NCBI GenBank assembly: GCA_965238075.1
Contig: OZ250173.1
Coordinates: 736,001 to 800,000, forward strand
Direction: 5' to 3'
Length of the DNA: 64,000 nucleotides
Source: Candidatus Entotheonellaceae bacterium
GTDB lineage: Bacteria > Tectomicrobia > Entotheonellia > Entotheonellales > Entotheonellaceae
A program made the translations under genes and the position numbers. Under the pieces are notes generated by a model, which worked only from the letters and a program-made list of their open reading frames with translations, ran no database searches and had not been told where the DNA came from. Of the stretch, positions 1 through 9,292 are shown in pieces (position 1 is the stretch's first letter; every line of letters begins with the position of its first letter).

Positions 1-1296
1 GTCGCCCGGCGCTTCGAAGCTGAAATCATTGTGCACGCGCTCGGCGTCCGGCAGCAGAGGATGTCCCAGGGCACGCGCCTGCAGCAGGGGTCGGGTCTGC
101 GGCACGATCTCCGGAAAGGCATTGTCGGGGTGCAGGTAGCTGTAGGTGGCCAGAGCGTTCAGGGCCTCCAGGTCGTACCAGGTGTGAATCCACACCGGCA
201 GCGTGGCTTTGGCCGACGCCTTATAGCGGTTCAGCCGATTGGCGAAGAACAGGTCCCACGGCACCAGAGCGTTCACCAGAAAGCCGAGCAGATGGCTCTG
301 CTGCACACCGGCAGCGCCCGCGATGCGCACGATCTGACGCACCGACGCCGACGGCCGGCTGGCGGCGCGCCAATACGGTTCGCAGAGCTTGGCAAGGTGC
401 GGTGTCCTGCCGTAGGGGAAGCCCTCCAGGTAGATCAGTACGGCGCGCAAATGCCGCAGCACCCGTTCAAGCTGGTAGGCATCGGCGAACAGGCTGCGGG
501 CCTCGCGGTGTTTGTAGGTATACAAGCCCAGATAGGCCAGCCAGGTTGCAGGCCACACGGGCGGCAGGTGACCCAGGGCGTACAGAACCGCGAGCAGGAG
601 GTTGGCAAGCGCCAGCAAACCGAGGCCCCACACCCACGGCGTCAGCCGCGGCGACGACGCCTGCAGAAGCCAGTCGACGATCTTGTCGGCGGACCACCTC
701 TCCTGCGGCCGACTGCCGAGCAGGACGCCGTGCAGGTTGAGTCGATCACGGAAACGCGCCAGCGGCGCCAGCTCACGGATGATCTGCTGCCGCTCGCGCA
801 CCGCGTCGGCAGTGTTCAGGGGCTTCAAGAGCCAAGTGCGCAACCGTGCGCAGCCGCCATACGAGGTGCTGGTGTCGAGGAGGTGGTGTACGGAACGCGG
901 GCCGGTCAGACTGAGGTCGGCGGCGAACGGGTGTTCCGGGTCGTTCGGTATGTCGGGCGGTTGGGGAATGTTTGCCCAGTCATGGGTCAAGCGCGCGACG
1001 TGGGTGGACTTGATGTGTTTCCAGACGGCGTGCCGGACGGCACTGTGACGCACCCGGCGATGGCCAAACGCGGTCGCCACGAATGCGGCCCCAAATAGCC
1101 CGAGGGTGAGCCAGGCGATGCTGTTGCCGAGGAAACGCTCGGCGACCAGCGCAGCGCAAATCCCTCCCAGCACCAGCGCGGTCCGCAGCCGCGAGAACTT
1201 CCGGCTCAGCCGGTCCAGGCGCAGCAAGCGGCCGTCCAGCCGCTTGATTTGACGTCGCAGCGCATCCAGTCTGCGCTGGCTGGCGTATGAGATCAT
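1..1296 (-). CDS. Membrane-anchored MutS-like (domain V ATPase family) protein; 3' end runs off the window
   Basis: Absent from the ORF track because it has no stop in the window. Manual translation from ATG 1296: MISYASQRRL..., two N-terminal TM helices, HPFAADLSLTGPRSVHHLLDTSTSYGGCARLRTWLL, ...LEALNALA..., GHPLLPDAERVHNDF (typical lead-in to MutS domain V). Confidence 0.8.
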   Translation of the reverse strand, partial: MISYASQRRLDALRRQIKRLDGRLLRLDRLSRKFSRLRTALVLGGICAALVAERFLGNSIAWLTLGLFGAAFVATAFGHRRVRHSAVRHAVWKHIKSTHVARLTHDWANIPQPPDIPNDPEHPFAADLSLTGPRSVHHLLDTSTSYGGCARLRTWLLKPLNTADAVRERQQIIRELAPLARFRDRLNLHGVLLGSRPQERWSADKIVDWLLQASSPRLTPWVWGLGLLALANLLLAVLYALGHLPPVWPATWLAYLGLYTYKHREARSLFADAYQLERVLRHLRAVLIYLEGFPYGRTPHLAKLCEPYWRAASRPSASVRQIVRIAGAAGVQQSHLLGFLVNALVPWDLFFANRLNRYKASAKATLPVWIHTWYDLEALNALATYSYLHPDNAFPEIVPQTRPLLQARALGHPLLPDAERVHNDFSFEAPGD

Positions 1297-1601
1297 AGGC
1301 AATTCGACTCCGATCCCCTACCGGGCGCTTGAACACCACGCCGGAGTTGGCCGCGATACGGGTCTTCGCTGCAAGACCGCAATGGATCATGGCTCAGGTT
1401 GACGACGCTTGTGCCAATGTGCAAGGGTGTTTCCGGCGCTTCGTCGTTCGCGTACCGGCTGAACTGACGGCTCGGTGCAACCTTACGTTCTTTCAGGTCG
1501 ATTGCAAGCCTTGAGTGCACGAGGCCTTTCGACATATCGTCGGTGTCCTCATGCTGGTCAATCCCATGAAAACAGCCCGTCCGATACCATGCCCCGACCT
1601 T

Positions 1602-1672
1602 CGTGGGGTGCCCCTTGTGGATGCCCACTATCCCGTGCCAGCGGGAATCCACAGGGCGGGCACGAGGCCCAC
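1602..1672. repeat. Degenerate GTAG-type REP pair
   Basis: cgtggggtgccccttgtggatgccc ... gggcgggcacgaggcccacc resembles GTAGGGGCACCCCTTGTGGGTGCCC-type REPs. Confidence 0.45.
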
Positions 1673-1687
1673 CTGGGGGAAACATGT

Positions 1688-1716
1688 AACCCCCCAACCC
1701 CCCTTGTCAGGGGGGC
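1688..1716. repeat. 29-bp C6-TTGTCA-G6 palindromic repeat, copy 1
   Basis: aaccccccaaccccccttgtcaggggggc is the exact reverse complement of 40653-40681. Confidence 0.9.
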
Positions 1717-1810
1717 GGTCGCTCCGGGAGCCATTTTCATGGTTCTTGATGTGGCCTTGGCAAGGCCATGGGAAATTACCATGGGAATAGACCGTCCGGT
1801 GTTCCCCTAT

Positions 1811-1913
1811 CGTCATTCCGGCGAAGGCCGGAATCCAGTGACCGTTGTACCACAAAAACCTTTCGGACCCCGGCCCAGGATCCACTTCGAGGCAGGCTCT
1901 TCGCCGGGGTGAC
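1811..1913. repeat. CGTC-type REP doublet, copy 1
   Basis: cgtcattccggcgaaggccggaatccag ... ggaccccggc[~25-nt insert]ttcgccggggtgac. Confidence 0.9.
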
Positions 1914-1967
1914 AGGGGCCGCAAGGCAGCAGGACAACCTCAGGACCTTGAACATGGAGCAACAAAT

Positions 1968-3830
1968 ATGTTTCAACGGCGAGAATCAGAAGGTTACGTT
2001 GGCACCGGCAGTTCATGGTGCCGTGAGCTTGGGACGGGCGGTGCGATCCACCGGGACAGGCGATGGCTGCGGCGAGGCGGGCGGGCCAGCGCTGTTCTCG
2101 CCGTTTTTGCAGCGCTGACCTTGCTCGCCTGCTCGGACGACAGCCCGAGCACCATTACCGACGAGCTCAAAAGGAATGCCGAGACGTTCGAGTATACCAT
2201 CGGGGTACCCGACGGGTCCCTGACGTTGGCAACCGTCTCCGAGCCGCTGACCCTGAACCTGGCTCTGGCGAACGACGCCGGGTCGTCGAGCATCCTGGGA
2301 TACCTCTTTGAGGGCCTGACTGAGACCTCATGGCTGACCGACGAGGTCCAGCCGGCGCTGGCCGAGTCCTGGGAACGCTCGGATGACGGCCTGGAGTGGA
2401 CGTTTCACCTGCGCCAGGGCGTGACGTGGCACGACGGAACGCGCTTCACGGCGCACGATGTGGACTTCACCTTCAACGACATCATCTACAATGAGGACAT
2501 CGACGCAAGCGCCCGGGCGACGTTCAACTTCCGGTTCCTGGACGAGGAAGGCGCTTGGATGGAAGCAAAAATGTCCGTCGAGGCGGTGGACGACCATACG
2601 GTCAGGTTCGAACTGCCGGTGCCGTTTGCCCCCTTCCTCCGTTCCATGGGCACGCCGATCTATCCCAAGCACATTCTTGAGGAGCACGTGGAGGCTGGCA
2701 CCTTCGCCGAGGTGTGGGACATCGACACGGACCCGGGCGAGATCGTCGGCACCGGCCCCTTCACCATCGAGAGCTATGACCCCGGTGAACGCGTGATTCT
2801 GAAAGGCTACTCCAACTACTGGCTTGAGGACGGCCACGGCGACCCCCTGCCGTATCTGGCCGAGGTCAGGTATCTTATCGTGTCGGATCAAGCGGCTAGG
2901 CTCGGAAAATTCTGGACGAAGGAATCGGATGTTCTTGGCGTCTTAGGTGAGTGGCACGCTGGCCTCAACGCCTTGCAGGCAATACAAAACTTCACGATCT
3001 ACCGGCGCGGTCCCACATTCGGGACGACATTCCTGGGATTCAACATGAATCCCAATGCTGTCGCGCCGGAGAAGCTGAACTGGTTCAGTAATAAGAGCTT
3101 CCGCCAAGCCGTGGCGCACAGCGTTGACAAGGACATGATTATCAACGACATCCAGAACGGCTTCGGTTACCCGCAGTGGGCTTCCATCAGCCCGGCCGCG
3201 GGCGACTTCCACAACCCGAACGTCCGCCGGTACGAATACGATATAGGCGAGGCCAACGCCATTCTCGACGGCCTCGGTTGGCGGGACACCGACGGGGACG
3301 GTGTGCGCGAAGACGCGGCGGGCAACCGCATCGAATTTTCGCTCCTGATCAGCGAGAACGCTGACACACTGGCGCGGATGACCAACCTGATCCGCGATGG
3401 CCTTGCGGATATTGGCGTTCAAGCAAACGTCAATGCCGTCGAATGGGGTGACGTTGTGTCCCGGTTAACCGATTCCTACGACTGGGAGACCACGGTCGTC
3501 GGCTTTACGGGCGGGACCGACCCCCACGGCGGCATCGAACTCTGGCACAGCAGTGAGAACCTCCACCTGTGGTATCCGAACCAGCCACAGCCGGCGACGG
3601 ATTGGGAAGCGGCAATTGACGACCTTTACGTCAGGGCCAGCCAGGAACTGGAGCGTGCCACGCGCGTAGATCTCTACCACCAAGCCCAGGAAATTGCGGC
3701 CGAGAACGTGCCGGTCATTTTCACGACACTGCCCGAACGGCTGGCCGCGGTGCGCAACGTCTTCGGCAACACCACACCCACGTTGTACGGGCTTTGGGAC
3801 ATCCGCTACCTGTATCGAATGGATCAATAG
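1968..3830 (+). CDS. ABC transporter substrate-binding lipoprotein, family 5 (peptide/nickel, AppA/DppA-like)
   Basis: Lipobox LLAC; PALAESWERSDDGLEWTFHLRQGVTWHDG family-5 signature; VGTGPF; GGAG before ATG 1968. Start uncertain. No permease genes adjacent. Confidence 0.92.
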   Translation: MFQRRESEGYVGTGSSWCRELGTGGAIHRDRRWLRRGGRASAVLAVFAALTLLACSDDSPSTITDELKRNAETFEYTIGVPDGSLTLATVSEPLTLNLALANDAGSSSILGYLFEGLTETSWLTDEVQPALAESWERSDDGLEWTFHLRQGVTWHDGTRFTAHDVDFTFNDIIYNEDIDASARATFNFRFLDEEGAWMEAKMSVEAVDDHTVRFELPVPFAPFLRSMGTPIYPKHILEEHVEAGTFAEVWDIDTDPGEIVGTGPFTIESYDPGERVILKGYSNYWLEDGHGDPLPYLAEVRYLIVSDQAARLGKFWTKESDVLGVLGEWHAGLNALQAIQNFTIYRRGPTFGTTFLGFNMNPNAVAPEKLNWFSNKSFRQAVAHSVDKDMIINDIQNGFGYPQWASISPAAGDFHNPNVRRYEYDIGEANAILDGLGWRDTDGDGVREDAAGNRIEFSLLISENADTLARMTNLIRDGLADIGVQANVNAVEWGDVVSRLTDSYDWETTVVGFTGGTDPHGGIELWHSSENLHLWYPNQPQPATDWEAAIDDLYVRASQELERATRVDLYHQAQEIAAENVPVIFTTLPERLAAVRNVFGNTTPTLYGLWDIRYLYRMDQ

Positions 3831-3849
3831 GCCCCAGCGGCAATCCGGC

Positions 3850-5508
3850 CTAGCCTCGGGTCAGCCAGGCGAATTGCTGCGGCCGGCGTTTGGCCTCGGG
3901 ATTGATTGTCACGTTAATCAGCGTCGTCTCCCCACTGTCGAAGGACGCCTGCAACGCCGCCCGCAATTCCTGCGGGGTTTCGACGTGGTAGCCCTTGCCT
4001 CCGAAGGCTTCCATCACCTTGTCGTAGCGCGCATTGGGCACGAAGGCGTTGGGCGGATACGCGGCGCCCTCGGGCAGGCTGCTGGGGCCGCCGCCGATGC
4101 CGTTGTTGTTGAACACGATCCAGGTGATGGGCAGCTTGTGGCGCACCGCCACCTCGACCTCCAGGCCGTCGAAGCCAAACGCCGCGTCGCCTTCCAGGGC
4201 GATGACGCGCTTGTCCGGGTTGGCCACCTGCGCGGCGATGGCAAAGCCCGGCCCTACGCCCATGGTGCCCCAAGTGCCGGCGTCGAGGCGTTTGCGCGGC
4301 TCGTAGTTGTCCAGCACCTGACGGCTGATATCCATCGTGCTGGCGCCCTCAGTCACAATGATGGCGTCGCGCGGCAGCATCTGTTGGATTTCCTGTAGCG
4401 GCCGGTAATAGTTCATCGGCACCTCGTCCGACTCCAGCATCGCCGTGGTGGCCTCCTGCTTGGCCTTTCTCTCCTTGTCGAGCGCCTGGCGCCAGGGATT
4501 ATCGGCGGCGATCTGCCAGGGGTCTTCTTCCAAAGCGGCAACCATCTGTGCCATGACCACCTTGGCATCGCCCACCAGGGCGGCTTCGGCGGGGACGGTG
4601 GCGCCGATTTCCTCAGCGGCCACGTCGAGCTGCACCACGCGCAAGTCCTCGCGGAAGCGCGGCGGCAGGCCGAAGTGCATAATCCAGTTGAGCCGGGCGC
4701 CGATGGTGAAAACGAGGTCGGCGTTCTGCAGGGCGTAGCTTCGCGCCGCCGCCACGCTGAGCGGATGGCCGTCGGGCATGACGCCCTTGCCCATCGGCGA
4801 CGGCAGGAAAGGCATCTGCGCCTCTTCGATAAAACGCCGCACCTGTTCCTCCGCACCGGCCCAGGCGGCCCCCTTGCCGATAATCGCCAGCGGCTGGCGC
4901 GCCGACTTCAGGGACGCCAGGGCCGCCTTGATGGCCGTCGGGTCCACCGGCGGCGCGGGCGGAGCTTCGACACGCGGCGGGTAGGTCAGGTCGTCTTCGT
5001 CCAGGCTGCTGGCGATGACGTCGCCCGGCAGGTCGAGATAAACCGGGCCGGGCCGTCCGGAGATCGAATGGCGCACGGCGGTGGCGATGTAGCGCGGGAT
5101 CAGGTCGATACGCTCCGCCTGTCCTACCCATTTGCAGAACGGCTTGGCGAGGTCCAGCTGCGGAGCGGCCTGAAAGTCCCCCATGTGGTTCAGGGCCTGA
5201 TTGGACGACCCGCCGATCAGCAGCATGGGCCAGCAGTTCGCCCAGGCGTTGCCGAGGGCGGAGATGGCATTCGTCATGCCGGGACCGGACACCACCAGGC
5301 AGGCGCCGATGCGGCCCTTGAGATACGAGATGGCCTGCGCCGCGTAGCCTGACGCCTGCTCGTGCCGCGTGCCGATGTAGCGGATGCCCTCGCTCGCCGC
5401 CGCTGCCGCAATGCCGGTGACCGGAATGCCGACCACGCCGAACAGTTCATCCACGCCCTGCTGCTTCAAGCAGCGGGCCACCAGTCTCGCGCCATCGATT
5501 TCAGCCAT
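3850..5508 (-). CDS. ThDP-dependent 2-hydroxyacyl-CoA lyase / oxalyl-CoA decarboxylase family enzyme
   Basis: FGVVGIPV, RHEQ, VSGPG, RLDAGTWGTMGVG, EGDAAFGF..NN ThDP motif; C-terminal RRPQQFAWLT resembles HACL; RBS CAGGAG. Confidence 0.92.
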   Translation of the reverse strand: MAEIDGARLVARCLKQQGVDELFGVVGIPVTGIAAAAASEGIRYIGTRHEQASGYAAQAISYLKGRIGACLVVSGPGMTNAISALGNAWANCWPMLLIGGSSNQALNHMGDFQAAPQLDLAKPFCKWVGQAERIDLIPRYIATAVRHSISGRPGPVYLDLPGDVIASSLDEDDLTYPPRVEAPPAPPVDPTAIKAALASLKSARQPLAIIGKGAAWAGAEEQVRRFIEEAQMPFLPSPMGKGVMPDGHPLSVAAARSYALQNADLVFTIGARLNWIMHFGLPPRFREDLRVVQLDVAAEEIGATVPAEAALVGDAKVVMAQMVAALEEDPWQIAADNPWRQALDKERKAKQEATTAMLESDEVPMNYYRPLQEIQQMLPRDAIIVTEGASTMDISRQVLDNYEPRKRLDAGTWGTMGVGPGFAIAAQVANPDKRVIALEGDAAFGFDGLEVEVAVRHKLPITWIVFNNNGIGGGPSSLPEGAAYPPNAFVPNARYDKVMEAFGGKGYHVETPQELRAALQASFDSGETTLINVTINPEAKRRPQQFAWLTRG

Positions 5509-5647
5509 GATGTACTCCTGTCGGAAGATGGAAGATGCACGTTCCAAATCTGTGTACCGGGCGTTCGCCGTGGTACAATCGCGCCCTTGTTGGCAAGCGT
5601 TTCTGCGTGTCTGGGGAGTGCATGAACCTATTGAAGGGTATCGTGTG

Positions 5648-6295
5648 ATGGGCGAGCATCATACGTCAGCACCGGGGTGGATGCAAACGCGCGCTGGACG
5701 CCTCAAACGCTGCCCGACCGGCGAGACGGGCGCCGTGTTGATCCTCAGCCTGCTGCTCCTGATGGTGCTGACCCTGCTCGGCGTCGCCGCCTTGACCCAC
5801 AGCCGCATCGAGTTGCAACTCGCCGCCAATGACCGAGCCCATAAGCAGGCCCTGGCCGCCGCTGACTTTGCCCTGGCAATCGGCGAAACAGTCATCGAGT
5901 CGTGGACCGACGCCGCTGAACTTGATGAGGCCGCCAGCGTTGAGGATGGCCGTTATGGCATCGGTGAACAACCGGCCTGGGGACACTTGAAATGGGGTGC
6001 CGCCTGTGCCGGGCCGCCCGGCACCTGCCGCGGCGGCTCGGAGGCAGTGTCCGCCAACGACTTGCCCGCCGGCATCCAAAACGTTCTGCACAGCCCGCAA
6101 ACCCTGCTCCCGCGCTACACCATCGAACGCCTGCCCACCGTGCCGGACAGCTACGTGACCGGCGTGCAGTACCACGGGCCGCGGGAAACCACCTATTTCC
6201 GCATCTCCGCGCGCGGCGTCGGACCGACGGGCGTCCTCGGCGCCCAGCCCTCGCGGGTCATCCTTCAGAGTATCTACGCCAGGCGGTTCAATTGA
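5648..6295 (+). CDS. pilX: Type IV pilus minor pilin PilX
   Basis: Prepilin-like ETG/AVLILSLLLLMVLTLLG, LAANDR..QALAAAD.AL..GE, and C-terminal RYTIE..YFRISARG..VILQSIY. Start uncertain (5648 or 5681). Confidence 0.88.
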   Translation: MGEHHTSAPGWMQTRAGRLKRCPTGETGAVLILSLLLLMVLTLLGVAALTHSRIELQLAANDRAHKQALAAADFALAIGETVIESWTDAAELDEAASVEDGRYGIGEQPAWGHLKWGAACAGPPGTCRGGSEAVSANDLPAGIQNVLHSPQTLLPRYTIERLPTVPDSYVTGVQYHGPRETTYFRISARGVGPTGVLGAQPSRVILQSIYARRFN

Positions 6296-6309
6296 CGATC
6301 GGATCGCGT

Positions 6310-8358
6310 ATGACGCGGAACGTCTACCTTAACCTGTATATCGTGAGTGCGGTGGCCGCGGGTGCGTTGAGCGGTGTTGGGATGGCGTTCGCCGCCGCGT
6401 TGAACCTGAGCCAGGCGCCGGTTGTCAGCCAAGCCGGTTACCGTTCGGCGGCTGGCGTGGCGGCCAGCAGCCGCACTGTGGATACCAGCACACGGCTGTA
6501 TCAGACACGGTTTGACGCCAGCGCTTGGCACGGAGACGTGGTGGCCTATGGCATGGACGGAACCGGCGGGCTTACCTTGGCCTGGGAGGCTGGCGCGCTG
6601 CTGCGACAGACCCTGCTGGCGAACGGTCATCAACGGCGGCAAATTCTGACGTATCACGGGACGGCCAGACGGGGCATCCCGTTGGCGTGGAACGAGTTGT
6701 CCAACGCACAGCAGGACGCGCTGCGAGAGCCGCACGATATAGATGACCAGGTGGCCATAGACCGCCTCGCCTATCTGCGCGGCGATCCGTCGAGGGAAGG
6801 TCGGCCCGACGGTTTTCGGCAACGCGGCGGCCCTTTGGGCGACTTGGTCCACTCGCGGCCGGTGTTCGTTGGCGCGCCGGGGCTTCCGGGCGTGATCGAC
6901 CCGCACACCTACCCGGCGTTTCGCAACGCTCAAGCGGGTCGTGCACCGATGCTCGTAGTCGGCGGCAACGATGGCTTTGTCCACGTTTTCAGTGCCGCCA
7001 CCGGTCAGGAACTCATGGCCTACGCGCCGCACGCCGTCTTTCCGCACCTTATCGAATTGACCAAACCGGGGTACGCGCACCGTTACTACGTGGACGGCTC
7101 CCCCACCGCCGCGGACGTGCAGACGGCCAGCGGCTGGCGCACCTGGGTCGTCGGCGGATTGGGTGCCGGCGGGCGCGGCGCCTATGCGCTGGACGTGACC
7201 GACCCGGCCCGGCTCGCCAATGCCGCGGCGTCCGGCAATCCGGCGCTCATCGTTCAGTGGGAATTTACCGCCGCCGATGACCCTGACCTGGGTTTCACCT
7301 TCAGCCAACCATCCATTGTCCGCATGCAGAATGGCCGCTGGGCGGCGCTGTTCGGCAACGGCTACAACAGCCCCAACGACCATGCCGTGCTGTATGTCAT
7401 CTTTCTCGACGGCGGCCAGGACGGCACCTGGACGCGGGGTGTCGATTATGTCCGCATTCCGGCCAGTGGCGGCCTGCCGGCTCAGGCCGGCGCGGCGAAC
7501 GGCCTGTCGACGCCCGCCGCCGTGGACCTCGACGGCGACTTTTTCACCGATCTGATCTACGCCGGTGATTTGCAGGGCAACCTGTGGAAGTTCGACGTGA
7601 GCAGCCCATTTCCAGGCGATTGGGGCAGCGCCTACCGCGGTGGCGCGACGCCGGCGCCGATGTTCGTGTGTACCGACGCCGGCGGCCAGCGCCAACCCAT
7701 TACGACGCGTCCCGAGGTGGGGCCGCATCCGATCGCCGGGGCCATGGTCTACGTCGGTACGGGCAAGAACCTGGAGCCGGGAGACCGCAGTTCCACCGCA
7801 ACGCAGACCCTGTATGGCCTGTGGGACCGGCAGGCGCCCACGACGACGCCATACAACCGCCTCGACGGATCACTGTTGCAACAAACGATGCAGCAGCGGG
7901 GGGACGTGCGGATCATGGATAACCATGCGGTGGATTGGAACCGGCACGTCGGCTGGTTTGTCGATCTGCCCGCTGCCGGGGAGCGGCTCGTCAGCGATCC
8001 CATCCTGCGTCACCGGCGCCTTGTTTTCACCTCCTTCGTTCCAAGCCTTGGCGGCGGCTGGCTGAGCGAGTTGCACGCACCGAGCGGCGGGCGCCTGCCG
8101 TTCACGCTGCTGGACCTGGATAACGACGGGTTTTACACCGTCGAGGACCATACGCCCCTAGGCCCCGACAACACTGCCCCGGCGTGCTGTATCCTGCCGG
8201 GAACGGGCGGCTATGTCGACGCACCAGCGGTTTTGGTGGACGGCGCGACGGAGGTGCAATTCATCAGCGAGAGGGCGGGAACGGTGGCCCAGTGGGTGAA
8301 AAGCCCCGGCCCGCGGGTTGTCGGCCGTCAGTCTTGGGAGCACGTGTTATTGCCGTAA
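6310..8358 (+). CDS. pilY1: Type IV pilus tip adhesin PilY1/PilC, beta-propeller domain only
   Basis: Signal peptide; LGDLVHSRP, GGNDGFVH, YYVDGSP, GLGAGGRG.YALDVT, GNGYNS, Ca-binding loop DLDGDFFTD, YAGDLQGNLWKFD, C-terminal RQSW. Confidence 0.93.
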   Translation: MTRNVYLNLYIVSAVAAGALSGVGMAFAAALNLSQAPVVSQAGYRSAAGVAASSRTVDTSTRLYQTRFDASAWHGDVVAYGMDGTGGLTLAWEAGALLRQTLLANGHQRRQILTYHGTARRGIPLAWNELSNAQQDALREPHDIDDQVAIDRLAYLRGDPSREGRPDGFRQRGGPLGDLVHSRPVFVGAPGLPGVIDPHTYPAFRNAQAGRAPMLVVGGNDGFVHVFSAATGQELMAYAPHAVFPHLIELTKPGYAHRYYVDGSPTAADVQTASGWRTWVVGGLGAGGRGAYALDVTDPARLANAAASGNPALIVQWEFTAADDPDLGFTFSQPSIVRMQNGRWAALFGNGYNSPNDHAVLYVIFLDGGQDGTWTRGVDYVRIPASGGLPAQAGAANGLSTPAAVDLDGDFFTDLIYAGDLQGNLWKFDVSSPFPGDWGSAYRGGATPAPMFVCTDAGGQRQPITTRPEVGPHPIAGAMVYVGTGKNLEPGDRSSTATQTLYGLWDRQAPTTTPYNRLDGSLLQQTMQQRGDVRIMDNHAVDWNRHVGWFVDLPAAGERLVSDPILRHRRLVFTSFVPSLGGGWLSELHAPSGGRLPFTLLDLDNDGFYTVEDHTPLGPDNTAPACCILPGTGGYVDAPAVLVDGATEVQFISERAGTVAQWVKSPGPRVVGRQSWEHVLLP

Positions 8359-8398
8359 TGCCGCTGGCTCCGGTGGTCCCTAAAGGAGACTGGTTATC

Positions 8399-9064
8399 AT
8401 GTGGCCGCGACGTAACTGCAGCCGGGCAAACGACGAGCGGACCGTTCGCCTGGACATGGTGCGGAACCAGATCGAACGGCGCGGCATCATGGACGAGCGC
8501 GTTTTGCAAGCCATGCGCGAGGTGCCCCGGCACGTCTTTGCGCCGGCCAAACGGCGTCACGAGGCGTATGGCGACCACCCTATCTCCATCGGCGAGATGC
8601 AGACGATTTCGCAGCCCTACATGGTCGCCGTGATGATCGAGCATCTTCGGTTGCGGGGCGGCGAGCGTGTCCTCGAAATCGGCACCGGTTCGGGTTATCA
8701 AGCCGCCGTGCTCGGGCGACTGGCAGCCGAGGTGTACACGGTGGAATGCTTCCCTTCCCTGGCCGCCGATGCCCGTCTCGTTTTGCAACAGCTCGGCTAT
8801 GAGAACGTGCAGGTCGTACAGGCCAATGGATGTCAAGGGTTTGCCCAGGGCTCGCCGTACAGCGGCATCGTCGTGGCGGCAGCGGCTCCGTTCATCCCGG
8901 CGCCGTTGCGGCTCCAGTTGGCGGATGGCGGACGGTTGGTCATACCAGTCGGCGGCCCCGAAGGACAACGGCTGGTCATCGTGACCCGGCAAGGGGATAC
9001 GTTTACCGAGGAAAAGACGGTGACGTGCCGGTTCGTGCCTTTACTGGGTACAGACGTTGCATAA
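8399..9064 (+). CDS. pcm: Protein-L-isoaspartate O-methyltransferase
   Basis: VPRHVF, QTISQPYMVA, VLEIGTGSGYQAAVL, QLADGGRLVIPVG, RFVPL. Confidence 0.96.
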   Translation: MWPRRNCSRANDERTVRLDMVRNQIERRGIMDERVLQAMREVPRHVFAPAKRRHEAYGDHPISIGEMQTISQPYMVAVMIEHLRLRGGERVLEIGTGSGYQAAVLGRLAAEVYTVECFPSLAADARLVLQQLGYENVQVVQANGCQGFAQGSPYSGIVVAAAAPFIPAPLRLQLADGGRLVIPVGGPEGQRLVIVTRQGDTFTEEKTVTCRFVPLLGTDVA

Positions 9065-9133
9065 GGGGCACGGGCGCCTTCTGCCAATGGCGTTCTTCAG
9101 AAAAATGTGCGACTCTGACCGCTCGGCCAGGAA

Positions 9134-9292
9134 ATGGGCCGTCTGCGGGAGGACATGACGCGGTTGGGTGAGCGTTTTTCGCGGCTGGAGCACGGCCAAG
9201 CCTGGCTCGAAGGGTTGCTGGATGGGCTGCACGAGGCCATCACCGGACGGACCGCGAGCAGCTGGACATTTGTATCCGAAGGATCCGCTTGA
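9134..9292 (+). CDS. Small coiled-coil hypothetical protein, possibly a 5'-truncated relic
   Basis: 52 codons MGRLREDMTRLGERFSRLEHGQAWLEGLLDGLHEAITGR...; stop overlaps the lysS start (TGATG); below the ORF-track cutoff. Confidence 0.45.
   Translation: MGRLREDMTRLGERFSRLEHGQAWLEGLLDGLHEAITGRTASSWTFVSEGSA

Noticed and set aside
31-1098. 355-aa plus-strand ORF
   Set aside because: Antisense shadow of the MutS-like gene; no motifs.
1293-1697. 134-aa minus-strand ORF
   Set aside because: It starts inside repeats and has no recognisable motif; cannot be supported.
2870-3480. Diversity-generating retroelement target in the SBP gene
   Set aside because: No reverse transcriptase or template repeat in the window.
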